A stretch of DNA of 64,000 nt from an uncultured Candidatus Saccharibacteria bacterium (GTDB taxonomy: Bacteria; Patescibacteriota; Dojkabacteria; SC72), in contig CAZULJ010000003.1 in the NCBI GenBank assembly GCA_964621195.1, positions 24,412 to 88,411 of the forward strand, in the 5' to 3' direction. The notes beneath the pieces were generated by a model, which saw only the letters and a program-made list of their open reading frames with translations, made no database searches and was not told the origin of the DNA. Position numbers and translations under genes: made by a program. Shown here piece by piece: positions 29,996-38,935 of this stretch (the stretch's first letter is position 1; each line of letters begins with the position of its first letter).

Positions 29996-32209
29996 ATGCC
30001 CCGTAAAAAAAAGAAAGAAAAAATAAATATTAAAAGCTCTGAAACAAAGATCTTCTTTGGTCTAATCCTCTTCGTATTAGGCATTGCACTTTTAATAACA
30101 CCACTAGTTGGTGAACAGGCACAAATCTTTGTATATGTTTCAAGATTCCTAGGATGGCCAGCCCTTGTATGGGGTATCGCTACTATATATCTCTCTATAA
30201 ATCTCTTAACACAAGGTAAAAGTTGCAGACAATGGTCAAAATTCGTAGGGATATCACTATTAGCATTAACACTAAACACTCTTTTTACATTTTGGCTACC
30301 CAAAGAGATCCTTGAAAATACGCAGGAGTTAGGACAAGCAGGAGGCATAGTTGGTAAGGCTATACACCTTGCAATAAATGGTGCCGTTGGAGATATAATC
30401 CAGCTTGTAATTCTCCTAATACTCTTAATAGTAGCTTTCTCCCTTATCACCGGAGTTAAACTAGAAGAAATCACCGCTTTCTTACATCAAACCTTTAGCA
30501 ATATCAAAGTAGCAGATATCGGTAGTAAACTTGGCGAGAAAGGAGATGGAAAGCTCATAATAAGTGGGTTAAATGGAGAATCAGAGCAACAAACGCCTGA
30601 CAATAGAATCGAAGGAGAACCACAATTAATAACAGAAAGAGATGACGACTTACCACCAGTATCATCCAAAGAATCGAGAACTTTCAGCTCTCCAACAATT
30701 GTCAATAATACCGATATGGGCACATCAACAGCACCTGCAGAGCCAAAATATCAAAATTGGGTTTTTCCAAAAATAGACAACCTACAAGAACCGCAGAAAA
30801 CCAATCAAAATCAAGATGCATACAAAGAGGATTCGCGTGTAATAGAAAGCGTATTGAGGAACTTCGGTATTGCAGCAAAGGCGGTAGAAATAGCAATTGG
30901 ACCAACAGTTGTAAGATATGCTCTCTCTGTCGCCGCAGATACGAGAATTGCAAAAATTCGAAGCTTGGAAGATAACCTTGCAGTTGCACTTAAGATCAAC
31001 AAAGAGCTAATAAGAATAGAAACCCCTATACCAGGAACCGCTTTCGTAGGAATCGAAATACCCAATAAGACACCGAACTTTGTCTATGCTAAAGAAATGG
31101 CTAAAAAGCTACTTGCTCAACCAGATAAATATGAACTGCCAATGATCTTAGGAAGGGATATCGCAGGACAGACCGTTATAAAAGACCTCGTAAATATTCC
31201 ACACTTACTAGTAGCTGGTGCTACAAATACAGGTAAATCTGTTGGTTTAAATGCAATTTTAGCAGGATTACTACTAACAAAGACTCCTGACGAATTAAAG
31301 TTAATAATGGTAGACCCAAAGAGAGTCGAAATGACACCATATAACGGTATTCCACACCTACTAACACCAATCATTACCGATATGGAATTAGTCGTAAACG
31401 CTCTTAACTACTCAATCGAAGAAATGATGAGAAGATATAGGATGTTAGAACAAGCGAAAGTAAGAAAGATTACAGAATACAATAACAAGATGGGATATAT
31501 CGCAATGCCATACTTAGTAATCGTAGTCGATGAAATGGCCGACCTTATGCTTGTAGCAGGAAAAGAGGTGGAACCAAAGATACAAAGATTAGCACAGATG
31601 GGAAGAGCTGTTGGAATCCACTTAATACTTGCCACCCAGAAACCAATAGTAGAGGTAATCACAGGCTTAATCAAATCAAATATTCCAGGAAGAATGGCAT
31701 ATGCAGTAACTTCATCAATGGACTCAAGAGTAATATTAGACCAAACAGGTGCAGAGAACTTACTTGGGAAAGGAGATATGCTCTTCAAGGACCAGACTAT
31801 GCCAAAATCAATAAGAATACAGGGGACATTCATCTCCACAGAGGATACAGAAGATATCATCCAGCAGGTAAAAGCTCAAATTAATCCAGAGGAGAACATT
31901 TACTCCGAAGAGCTAAATCAAGCCCTTGAAAAAGGTCACTCAGATTCCATAACTGGAGGTAGCGGAGAAAGGGAACCAGAATTTGAAGCAGCACTGAGGG
32001 TCGTAATCGCAGAAGGAAAAGCCTCCGCATCATTACTTCAAAGAAGGCTAAAGGTCGGATACAACAAGGCCTCAAGGCTCATAGAGCAGCTTGAAGATGT
32101 CGGTGCAATAGGACCACAACAGGGAGGCAGTTCAAAACCAAGAGAGGTGCTTGTCTCCTCTGCAAAAGAAATACTTGGGGGAGATGAGAATCCAACACAA
32201 GAGTACTAG
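29996..32209 (+). CDS. ftsK: DNA translocase FtsK/SpoIIIE
   Basis: N-terminal TMs; PHLLVAGATNTGKS; VIVVDEMADLM; gamma domain SASLLQRRLKVGYNKASRLIEQLE. Confidence 0.96.
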   Translation: MPRKKKKEKINIKSSETKIFFGLILFVLGIALLITPLVGEQAQIFVYVSRFLGWPALVWGIATIYLSINLLTQGKSCRQWSKFVGISLLALTLNTLFTFWLPKEILENTQELGQAGGIVGKAIHLAINGAVGDIIQLVILLILLIVAFSLITGVKLEEITAFLHQTFSNIKVADIGSKLGEKGDGKLIISGLNGESEQQTPDNRIEGEPQLITERDDDLPPVSSKESRTFSSPTIVNNTDMGTSTAPAEPKYQNWVFPKIDNLQEPQKTNQNQDAYKEDSRVIESVLRNFGIAAKAVEIAIGPTVVRYALSVAADTRIAKIRSLEDNLAVALKINKELIRIETPIPGTAFVGIEIPNKTPNFVYAKEMAKKLLAQPDKYELPMILGRDIAGQTVIKDLVNIPHLLVAGATNTGKSVGLNAILAGLLLTKTPDELKLIMVDPKRVEMTPYNGIPHLLTPIITDMELVVNALNYSIEEMMRRYRMLEQAKVRKITEYNNKMGYIAMPYLVIVVDEMADLMLVAGKEVEPKIQRLAQMGRAVGIHLILATQKPIVEVITGLIKSNIPGRMAYAVTSSMDSRVILDQTGAENLLGKGDMLFKDQTMPKSIRIQGTFISTEDTEDIIQQVKAQINPEENIYSEELNQALEKGHSDSITGGSGEREPEFEAALRVVIAEGKASASLLQRRLKVGYNKASRLIEQLEDVGAIGPQQGGSSKPREVLVSSAKEILGGDENPTQEY

Positions 32210-32231
32210 AGTTTGATATACTCTTTTAGCT

Positions 32232-33173
32232 ATGATAACAGCGGGAGAGGTATTAAAACAGAAGAGAGAATCTTTAGGCAAGGACCTTAAAACGGTCTCT
32301 GCTGATACAAAGATTCAAAAAAGATTTCTTGAATATATTGAAAACGATCAATATGATAAATTTGATTCAGACGTTTTCGCCTCCGGCTTTATAAAAATAT
32401 ACTCCCGATATCTCGGTTTAGATGTCGACAAGATGTTAGCTGTATACAGAAGAAGCAATTTAAAGGAAAAAGCGGCAGAGGATAAAAAACAAAGGAAATC
32501 AATAAAGCCAAAGAAAGATTTCAAACTAAACATAACGCCACAAATAATTGCGATGATTGCCTCTACGATCTTTCTTCTTTCAATCGTAGGATATATTGGA
32601 TTTCAAATATACAAATTCCAGACCCCACCACAGCTTTCAATACTTCAGCCACAAGAAGAAGAGACTTTTGATACAGAGAAACTCCTTGTTAAAGGAAGTA
32701 CAGAGAACAATACTACCGTAACCATCAATGGTGAACAGGTAGAAACAGATACCCTTGGGTACTTTGAGAAAGAGATAACTCTAAACGAGGGAATAAATAC
32801 GATAAATATTACAGCGAGAAAGAACTCAAACACTCAATTAGAAACAAGCAAGAATCTAAAGGTAATATACAAAACTCAACAAGAAGAAGACCCAATACCA
32901 ACGCCAAAGGTGTACACCGTTAAGATAAAGATCTTACAGTCTTCATCATGGATCAAGCTCGATATCGATGGTGAGAATAAGATATCACAAATACTAGAGC
33001 CAAACACACAACAGGAATTTGCTGTAGAAAGGGAATTAACACTTGTTACAGGCAAAATTCAAAGTACACAACTGTTAATAAACGATGAGATTGTAGAAAT
33101 ATACTCCCAACAGAACACTGGGGTCGGACAAATAACTTGCCAAGTTACCCAAGATGGCTATAAATGCGAATAA
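32232..33173 (+). CDS. RodZ-like HTH membrane protein with an extracellular Ig-like domain
   Basis: HTH GEVLKQKRE...GFIKIYSRYLGLD, one TM, LNEGINTINITA Ig-like motif, SWIKLDIDG DUF4115-like C-terminus. Confidence 0.78.
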   Translation: MITAGEVLKQKRESLGKDLKTVSADTKIQKRFLEYIENDQYDKFDSDVFASGFIKIYSRYLGLDVDKMLAVYRRSNLKEKAAEDKKQRKSIKPKKDFKLNITPQIIAMIASTIFLLSIVGYIGFQIYKFQTPPQLSILQPQEEETFDTEKLLVKGSTENNTTVTINGEQVETDTLGYFEKEITLNEGINTINITARKNSNTQLETSKNLKVIYKTQQEEDPIPTPKVYTVKIKILQSSSWIKLDIDGENKISQILEPNTQQEFAVERELTLVTGKIQSTQLLINDEIVEIYSQQNTGVGQITCQVTQDGYKCE

Positions 33174-33200
33174 TTAGGCCAAAACTGGTATAATTCGCAT

Positions 33201-34922
33201 ATGGATACAAATAGAGAGCAAATTGAGGAGATTAGGAATAGGCTTGATATTGTAGATATTGTAAATAGATATGTACAATTAAAACAAGCAGGTAAGAATT
33301 TCTCTGGAGTATGTCCATTTCATACTGAAAAAACACCCTCATTCATTGTAAGCCCTGAATTACAAAGATATAAATGCTTTGGATGTGGTGCTTCTGGAGA
33401 TATTTTTAACTTCGTACAAAATATTGAGCATATTGATTTCCCCGAAACATTAGAGAAATTGGCAAAAGAAGCTGGGGTAACTCTAACCAAGAGGGCTAGT
33501 GATAGTAAATATTCGAGAATTGAAGAAATAAACAGACTAGCAACCATTTATTTCTACAGAGCACTACAAGATCCCATAAATATTTCTGCGCTAAAATACG
33601 TGAAAGAGAGAGGCTTTACTGAGGAAAGTATAAAAAACTTTGGTATAGGTTACGCACCACAGTACAGTAAACTCCTTGACTATATACAAAAAGAGAAAAA
33701 ATTCTCAAAGGAAGAACTTCTAAGATCAGGATTGTTTGTCGAGAAAGAAGGGAAAATAAGAAACAAATTTCTAATGAGAGTTATGTTTCCAATAAGATCA
33801 AGCTCAGGAAAGGTAATAGCATTCACAGGAAGGATTTTACCTGGGAATGATTTTGGCCCCAAATATATGAACTCACCAGAGACAGATATCTATCACAAGA
33901 AAGATAATTTCTATGGACAATATGAATCAAGACAAGAGATAAGAAAACAGGATTTAGTAATTATTTGTGAAGGTACAACGGATGTCATATCGGCACATCA
34001 AATTGGTATAAAAAATATCGTTGCACCATTGGGCACTGCAATTACAAAAGAACAGTTAGAAAGAATTTCAAAATTAACTAAAAACATTCTATTCCTTTTC
34101 GATAACGATACAGCTGGACAACAAGCACTTGAGAGAGGTTTCTTGCTAGCACAGATGTTACAATTAAACAGCTACGCTACCAATACATCACCATATAAGG
34201 ACATAGATGAGTTAATAAACAAAGATCCACAAGAACTAGAGAAAAGAGTAAAGAAAAAAATGGACGCCTTTACATATCTACTAACAAACCGCCTTGAGGA
34301 TAAAAATCTTTCAAATATGGAAGATTATACAAAAATTGCAAATTGGATCAACAGACTTCTTGAAAATGAAAGTCGCATCGAGATCTTTGACTTCTACGTG
34401 AAAAAAGCCTACCAGATAGCCAAAATTAATATACTACCTAAAAAAGGATCTGGACAAAAAAGGCAGGACATTTTTACTAAAAAAGAGAAAGCTCAAGAGC
34501 ATTCAACCAGAGAGAGAATTTACCTACAAAATATCCTCTACCTACAAGATATAAAGATACCTAAAGATCACGACTTAGGTGTATTTGAAGACAAGGAGGT
34601 TTTGAGACTCCTGGAATATATTAGAGATAACCCATCCACAACAAGAGATGATCTACTGAAAGCATTTCAAAATGACAGCCTTATTTCTGTCATAGAGGAA
34701 ACTATCTTCACCTTCTCCAAATCAGAGGGTAGTAAAGATGAAATCGAAGATATATATAGCAATATAATCAGAGACTACTTCGCAAGGAAAGAAAAAGAGT
34801 ATAATCTAAGGATCTCGATTGCAGAAGCAAAAGGAGACCAAAAGGAAAGCGAGAAGCTTTTAAAAGAGTATCAGAATTTAACTAAAGAAAAGATTGCATA
34901 TGAACAAAATCGCGGACTATGA
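33201..34922 (+). CDS. dnaG: DNA primase
   Basis: CPFHTEKTPSF..KCFGC zinc domain, PKYMNSPET, TOPRIM EG..D and FDND.AG. Confidence 0.97.
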   Translation: MDTNREQIEEIRNRLDIVDIVNRYVQLKQAGKNFSGVCPFHTEKTPSFIVSPELQRYKCFGCGASGDIFNFVQNIEHIDFPETLEKLAKEAGVTLTKRASDSKYSRIEEINRLATIYFYRALQDPINISALKYVKERGFTEESIKNFGIGYAPQYSKLLDYIQKEKKFSKEELLRSGLFVEKEGKIRNKFLMRVMFPIRSSSGKVIAFTGRILPGNDFGPKYMNSPETDIYHKKDNFYGQYESRQEIRKQDLVIICEGTTDVISAHQIGIKNIVAPLGTAITKEQLERISKLTKNILFLFDNDTAGQQALERGFLLAQMLQLNSYATNTSPYKDIDELINKDPQELEKRVKKKMDAFTYLLTNRLEDKNLSNMEDYTKIANWINRLLENESRIEIFDFYVKKAYQIAKINILPKKGSGQKRQDIFTKKEKAQEHSTRERIYLQNILYLQDIKIPKDHDLGVFEDKEVLRLLEYIRDNPSTTRDDLLKAFQNDSLISVIEETIFTFSKSEGSKDEIEDIYSNIIRDYFARKEKEYNLRISIAEAKGDQKESEKLLKEYQNLTKEKIAYEQNRGL

Positions 34923-35820
34923 CACACTGGATTATGATTACAGTACATATTGGAAGAAGAGAGAGTATGAACATGGGTCAGAACAAATTGTTTTAAACAA
35001 GCTATTAAAAGAGAAGGCCGGTGCTCGATTCATTGATATTGGGGGATCATACGGTAGACTCACAGATCTTTACTATGATAAATATAAAGAATCTGTAATA
35101 GTAGATTATTCCCTCAAGACACTACAAAATAACTTCAAGTTCTTAATGGATAAATATCCAAACATACATTTAATCGCAGCAAACGCATACTACCTACCAT
35201 TCAAAGATAATAGCTTCGATGGAGGTTTAATGGTGAGAGTCCTACATCATATAGAAAAGCCCCAGGAGTACTTTAAAGAAGCAAAGAGGATATTTACTGA
35301 CAATGCGACATATATACAAGAATTTGCAAATAAAACCCACGTGAAAGCTGTTATAAAAAGCATCATAAAGGGAGACCTATCAATATTTGATAATAAGCCC
35401 TATCAGCAACCAGATAAAAGAAACAACGAAGGCGCAAGGGAGGGCTCTCAAGTACCATTCCTTAACTACACTACATCATGGATCTCTGATACTCTTTCAA
35501 GCTATGGTTTTAAGATAGAGAGAAAAATTGGATGTTCATATTTTAGAGTAAATATATTAAAAAAGTTCTTGGGGACTAAGATTCTTTTACTTTTAGAAAG
35601 CTTTGCACAGAAAGCCTTTTCATGGAGCAACATATCACCAAGTATCTTTCTAGAGACCTCAATAAACAAAAAGTACGCAGAGATAGAAAAAAATTTTCAA
35701 GATATTCTTGTATGCCCCAAGTGTAAATCACAATTGGTATTCAAAGATTCAGAGTGCAGGTGTAAGCAATGTAATAATAGATACCAAAAGAAGAACAATA
35801 TTTGGGACTTTAGAATATAA
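34900..35820 (+). CDS. Class I SAM-dependent methyltransferase with C-terminal Trm112-like zinc ribbon; start probably ATG 34900
   Basis: IDIGGSYGR, LPFKDNSFD, RVLHH; C-terminal ILVCPKCK..CKQC.RY..NIWDF. Confidence 0.82.
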   Translation: MNKIADYDTLDYDYSTYWKKREYEHGSEQIVLNKLLKEKAGARFIDIGGSYGRLTDLYYDKYKESVIVDYSLKTLQNNFKFLMDKYPNIHLIAANAYYLPFKDNSFDGGLMVRVLHHIEKPQEYFKEAKRIFTDNATYIQEFANKTHVKAVIKSIIKGDLSIFDNKPYQQPDKRNNEGAREGSQVPFLNYTTSWISDTLSSYGFKIERKIGCSYFRVNILKKFLGTKILLLLESFAQKAFSWSNISPSIFLETSINKKYAEIEKNFQDILVCPKCKSQLVFKDSECRCKQCNNRYQKKNNIWDFRI

Positions 35821-36534
35821 ATGAAGGCAAAAAAATCACTAGGACAAAACTTTTTTATAAACAAAAATCTTGGAGATCATATATCCAATATCGTTAAAAA
35901 CTCAAATGGTAGTCATTTAGTTGAAATTGGTCCTGGACTTGGCTTCTTTACAGAGAAACTTGCTACGAAATTTGAAACGATCACCCTTGTAGAAAAGGAT
36001 ATACAGCTATCAGAAAATCTAAAAACACAATTTAGAGATTCCACTGTTTACAATGAAGATTTCCTAAGCATAGACCTAACAAGATTTGAAAACGAGAGTA
36101 TTACCTACTTCGGGTCACTACCATACAATGTTTCGAAACCAATTATAAAGAAGATAATTCAAGATAAATCCTTCACAAATACTGCATACTTCATAGTTCA
36201 GAAAGAAGTTGCTGAGAAGTATCTTTATAAAGAACCATATAATATTCTTTCTCTAACAACTGCCATTTATGCAAAGGTTGAGAAGCTTTTTGATATATCT
36301 CCAGATTCCTTTAGACCAAGACCTAAGGTGCAAAGCTCTTTTATCGCGATATCTCCAAAAAGCATAGAATTCGAAGATTTAAAAAAGCTCGAAGATATAA
36401 TACATATGGCGTTTAGACAACCAAGAAAGAATCTCAAAAACAACTTAAGAGGAATGGTACTTCCCCAGGAGTATCAATCAAAAAGACCTGCAGAGCTTTC
36501 TCTTCACGAGTATTCTCTGATAGCTAATCAGTAA
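35821..36534 (+). CDS. rsmA: 16S rRNA dimethyladenosine transferase
   Basis: AKKSLGQNF, EIGPGLG, SLPYN, QKEVA, FRPRPKVQS, F.QPRK. Confidence 0.95.
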   Translation: MKAKKSLGQNFFINKNLGDHISNIVKNSNGSHLVEIGPGLGFFTEKLATKFETITLVEKDIQLSENLKTQFRDSTVYNEDFLSIDLTRFENESITYFGSLPYNVSKPIIKKIIQDKSFTNTAYFIVQKEVAEKYLYKEPYNILSLTTAIYAKVEKLFDISPDSFRPRPKVQSSFIAISPKSIEFEDLKKLEDIIHMAFRQPRKNLKNNLRGMVLPQEYQSKRPAELSLHEYSLIANQ

Positions 36535-36573
36535 TACTGCTTTTCAATCCTCTGTGGTGATATAATCTTCTAG

Positions 36574-37026
36574 ATGAAAAAGAAGATTGAGGAAAAAGAT
36601 ACACAATTAGACTTTGGTCTTAAAAATCCTCCACAAAATATATATTACAAATACAAGGATCAGTACGAGCTCTGGCTATCCAAGCTTGAAACTAGAAGAT
36701 TTCTTAAAGATATCCTTATGTGGTTTGTGGTTATACTCTCTATCTCTCTACTTACAACTCAGATATACACAATACAAACGACTGCGAATATTCCTACTAT
36801 AATACCAATATTTAACTACTACTTTACTCTATCTAAAAGATTGGTTTCATTGGAATGGATATACCTATATCCCGCAATTGGGACCATAGCATTACTCTCT
36901 GGGGTTTACTTTGCTAATAAATACTATCATAAAGAGAGGGAGCTCTCAAAGCTTCTTTTAATGGTAATATTAATTACAAACATCTCTCTTTCAATTATAT
37001 TTTTCAAATTAGTTTACACTTTTTAA
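36574..37026 (+). CDS. Hypothetical membrane protein with about 3 TM segments
   Basis: 150-aa ORF with hydrophobic segments; -10 box upstream; 3 nt before the next gene. Confidence 0.72.
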   Translation: MKKKIEEKDTQLDFGLKNPPQNIYYKYKDQYELWLSKLETRRFLKDILMWFVVILSISLLTTQIYTIQTTANIPTIIPIFNYYFTLSKRLVSLEWIYLYPAIGTIALLSGVYFANKYYHKERELSKLLLMVILITNISLSIIFFKLVYTF

Positions 37027-37029
37027 AAA

Positions 37030-38238
37030 ATGGACATATCTATATCATCAAATATCTTGGAAAGAATTCTTTCCATTAATACGATATCCATATCTCCAGA
37101 ATATGAGAAATACCTTTCATATTGGCCACTTTTTGTAATGGGATTAATCGTATCTTTCCTTTTAACACCTGTTATTGGATTGCTTGCAAAAAAATTGGGA
37201 GCAATATATATTCCCGGCAGAGGGAGAAATGGCAAGGATTTCGATAATCCAGAGAAGGCAATTCATGATACTGATACTCCAGCAATGGGAGGATTAGCTA
37301 TCACAATACCGATACTAATTGCGATACCTTTGCTGTTCAGACTCGACCCAACTACTATCCCAATACTAATAGCTCTTGGTATTCTAGTTGTTGGCTCCTT
37401 ACTAGACGATATATTCAATCTTTCATCTAAAATACAGCTTGCTTATCAGTTACTTGCCGCATCAGTTATTGCCGTGTCTATAATTGATCTAGCAAATATC
37501 AGTTTCTTTTCTGAAGATCTACTAAATCTCACAGCATACACTTGGAGTGCAAATATTCTTTCTTTACCTTTGTCTTTCGTATTCCCAGGGGACTTAATTT
37601 TGATAGCCTGGCTATTTCTTTGTATAAACTCTGTAAAATGGGTAGGCGGCTCTCCCGGGCTCGTAGAATCGTACTCACTAACAGCATTTCTACTCCTCTT
37701 TATTGTAGGAGTAAGAACATTTTCACTCTTTTCATCGAGCATTAGTGCTTTGATAGCAGGATCATTGGTTGCGCTACTCTATTTTGCGTATCCGTCTCCT
37801 AAAATTATGTCAGGATCAAGTGGAAAATCCCTCTACGGATTCTTAATAAGTGTACTTGCATTAATAAGTGGGATGAAATTCTCTTCAACGATAATCTTAC
37901 TTGCGATTCCTATTCTTGATGCAATCTATGTAATCATATATCGAATAGTTAAGTACAAGCCCAAAAATCCTATAGAGTTAATGAGAATAAATGATACCTC
38001 ACACTTACACCACAGACTTCTAAAACTCGAATTAAACAGTAAACAAATACTACTAATTGAAACCTCCCTATCCCTTGTTATTGGATCTTTAGCAATACTT
38101 GCTGCTGGAGCTCTAAGATACTTCGCTTTAATCTTCAGCCTTGCATTTGTAATTGCATTCATTGTATTTATAAACTACAGAGCAAATCGTAAAGAAGAAA
38201 TAAAGAAGGCTTCTCCAGAATCAAAATACTCATATTAG
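37030..38238 (+). CDS. MraY/WecA/TagO family polyprenyl-phosphate sugar-1-phosphate transferase
   Basis: TPAMGGLAI, GSLLDD, HLHHRL; polytopic. Confidence 0.85.
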   Translation: MDISISSNILERILSINTISISPEYEKYLSYWPLFVMGLIVSFLLTPVIGLLAKKLGAIYIPGRGRNGKDFDNPEKAIHDTDTPAMGGLAITIPILIAIPLLFRLDPTTIPILIALGILVVGSLLDDIFNLSSKIQLAYQLLAASVIAVSIIDLANISFFSEDLLNLTAYTWSANILSLPLSFVFPGDLILIAWLFLCINSVKWVGGSPGLVESYSLTAFLLLFIVGVRTFSLFSSSISALIAGSLVALLYFAYPSPKIMSGSSGKSLYGFLISVLALISGMKFSSTIILLAIPILDAIYVIIYRIVKYKPKNPIELMRINDTSHLHHRLLKLELNSKQILLIETSLSLVIGSLAILAAGALRYFALIFSLAFVIAFIVFINYRANRKEEIKKASPESKYSY

Positions 38239-38284
38239 TCCTTTTTCTAGACAAAAGTTAAGTGCTTGCATATAATGAAAACAT

Positions 38285-38935
38285 ATGAAAAGATGGAAAT
38301 CTGCCCTAGTAATTACATCACTCGTCGTGTTAGTGTCCCTGCTACTGTTCTTCCTACCACCGGAAGATCTTTTTAGGCACATACCAATCTTAAACTCTCT
38401 ATACAAAAATACCACTTTAGAAATTACCGTTCCGAATGGAAAGGCCACAGTAGAAATTGATGGAGAAGAATACGGAGAAACACCTGTTAATATACAGAGC
38501 TTAGTCGCCGGTGAATATGATGTAACACTAAAAAGAGTCTCCCTTGAAGAGAATGCTTACAAACCACATACTTTTAGGGTTAATCTAACAAAGAATACAA
38601 CCTCTAGAATAAATGTTGAGATCGGTCCAGATGACAATATCCACGGTACAATCCTCTACTATACAGAGGATCCTAGTTTTGATTCGCATAAGGGAAGATT
38701 AACAATAACTAGTAATATTCCAAACAGCAAGGCATATATGAACTCCGAGTTCTTAAAATTTACACCAATAACAAGATTAGATGTTACAGAGGGCGAATTT
38801 GATATAAAAGTAGAGTCCAATAACTATGAAAGTGTAAGCTTACCCGTTGTTATAAGGAGTGGATATACCCTGAATATAAAAGCATACCTTTTACCAATCC
38901 CAGTAATTTTTGAAGAGGCTCAAAGTGATGAGTAA
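38285..38935 (+). CDS. PEGA-domain membrane-anchored protein
   Basis: N-terminal TM; ATVEIDGEEYGETP...AGEYDVTL and a second repeat LTITSNIPNSKAYMN...TP. Confidence 0.8.
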   Translation: MKRWKSALVITSLVVLVSLLLFFLPPEDLFRHIPILNSLYKNTTLEITVPNGKATVEIDGEEYGETPVNIQSLVAGEYDVTLKRVSLEENAYKPHTFRVNLTKNTTSRINVEIGPDDNIHGTILYYTEDPSFDSHKGRLTITSNIPNSKAYMNSEFLKFTPITRLDVTEGEFDIKVESNNYESVSLPVVIRSGYTLNIKAYLLPIPVIFEEAQSDE

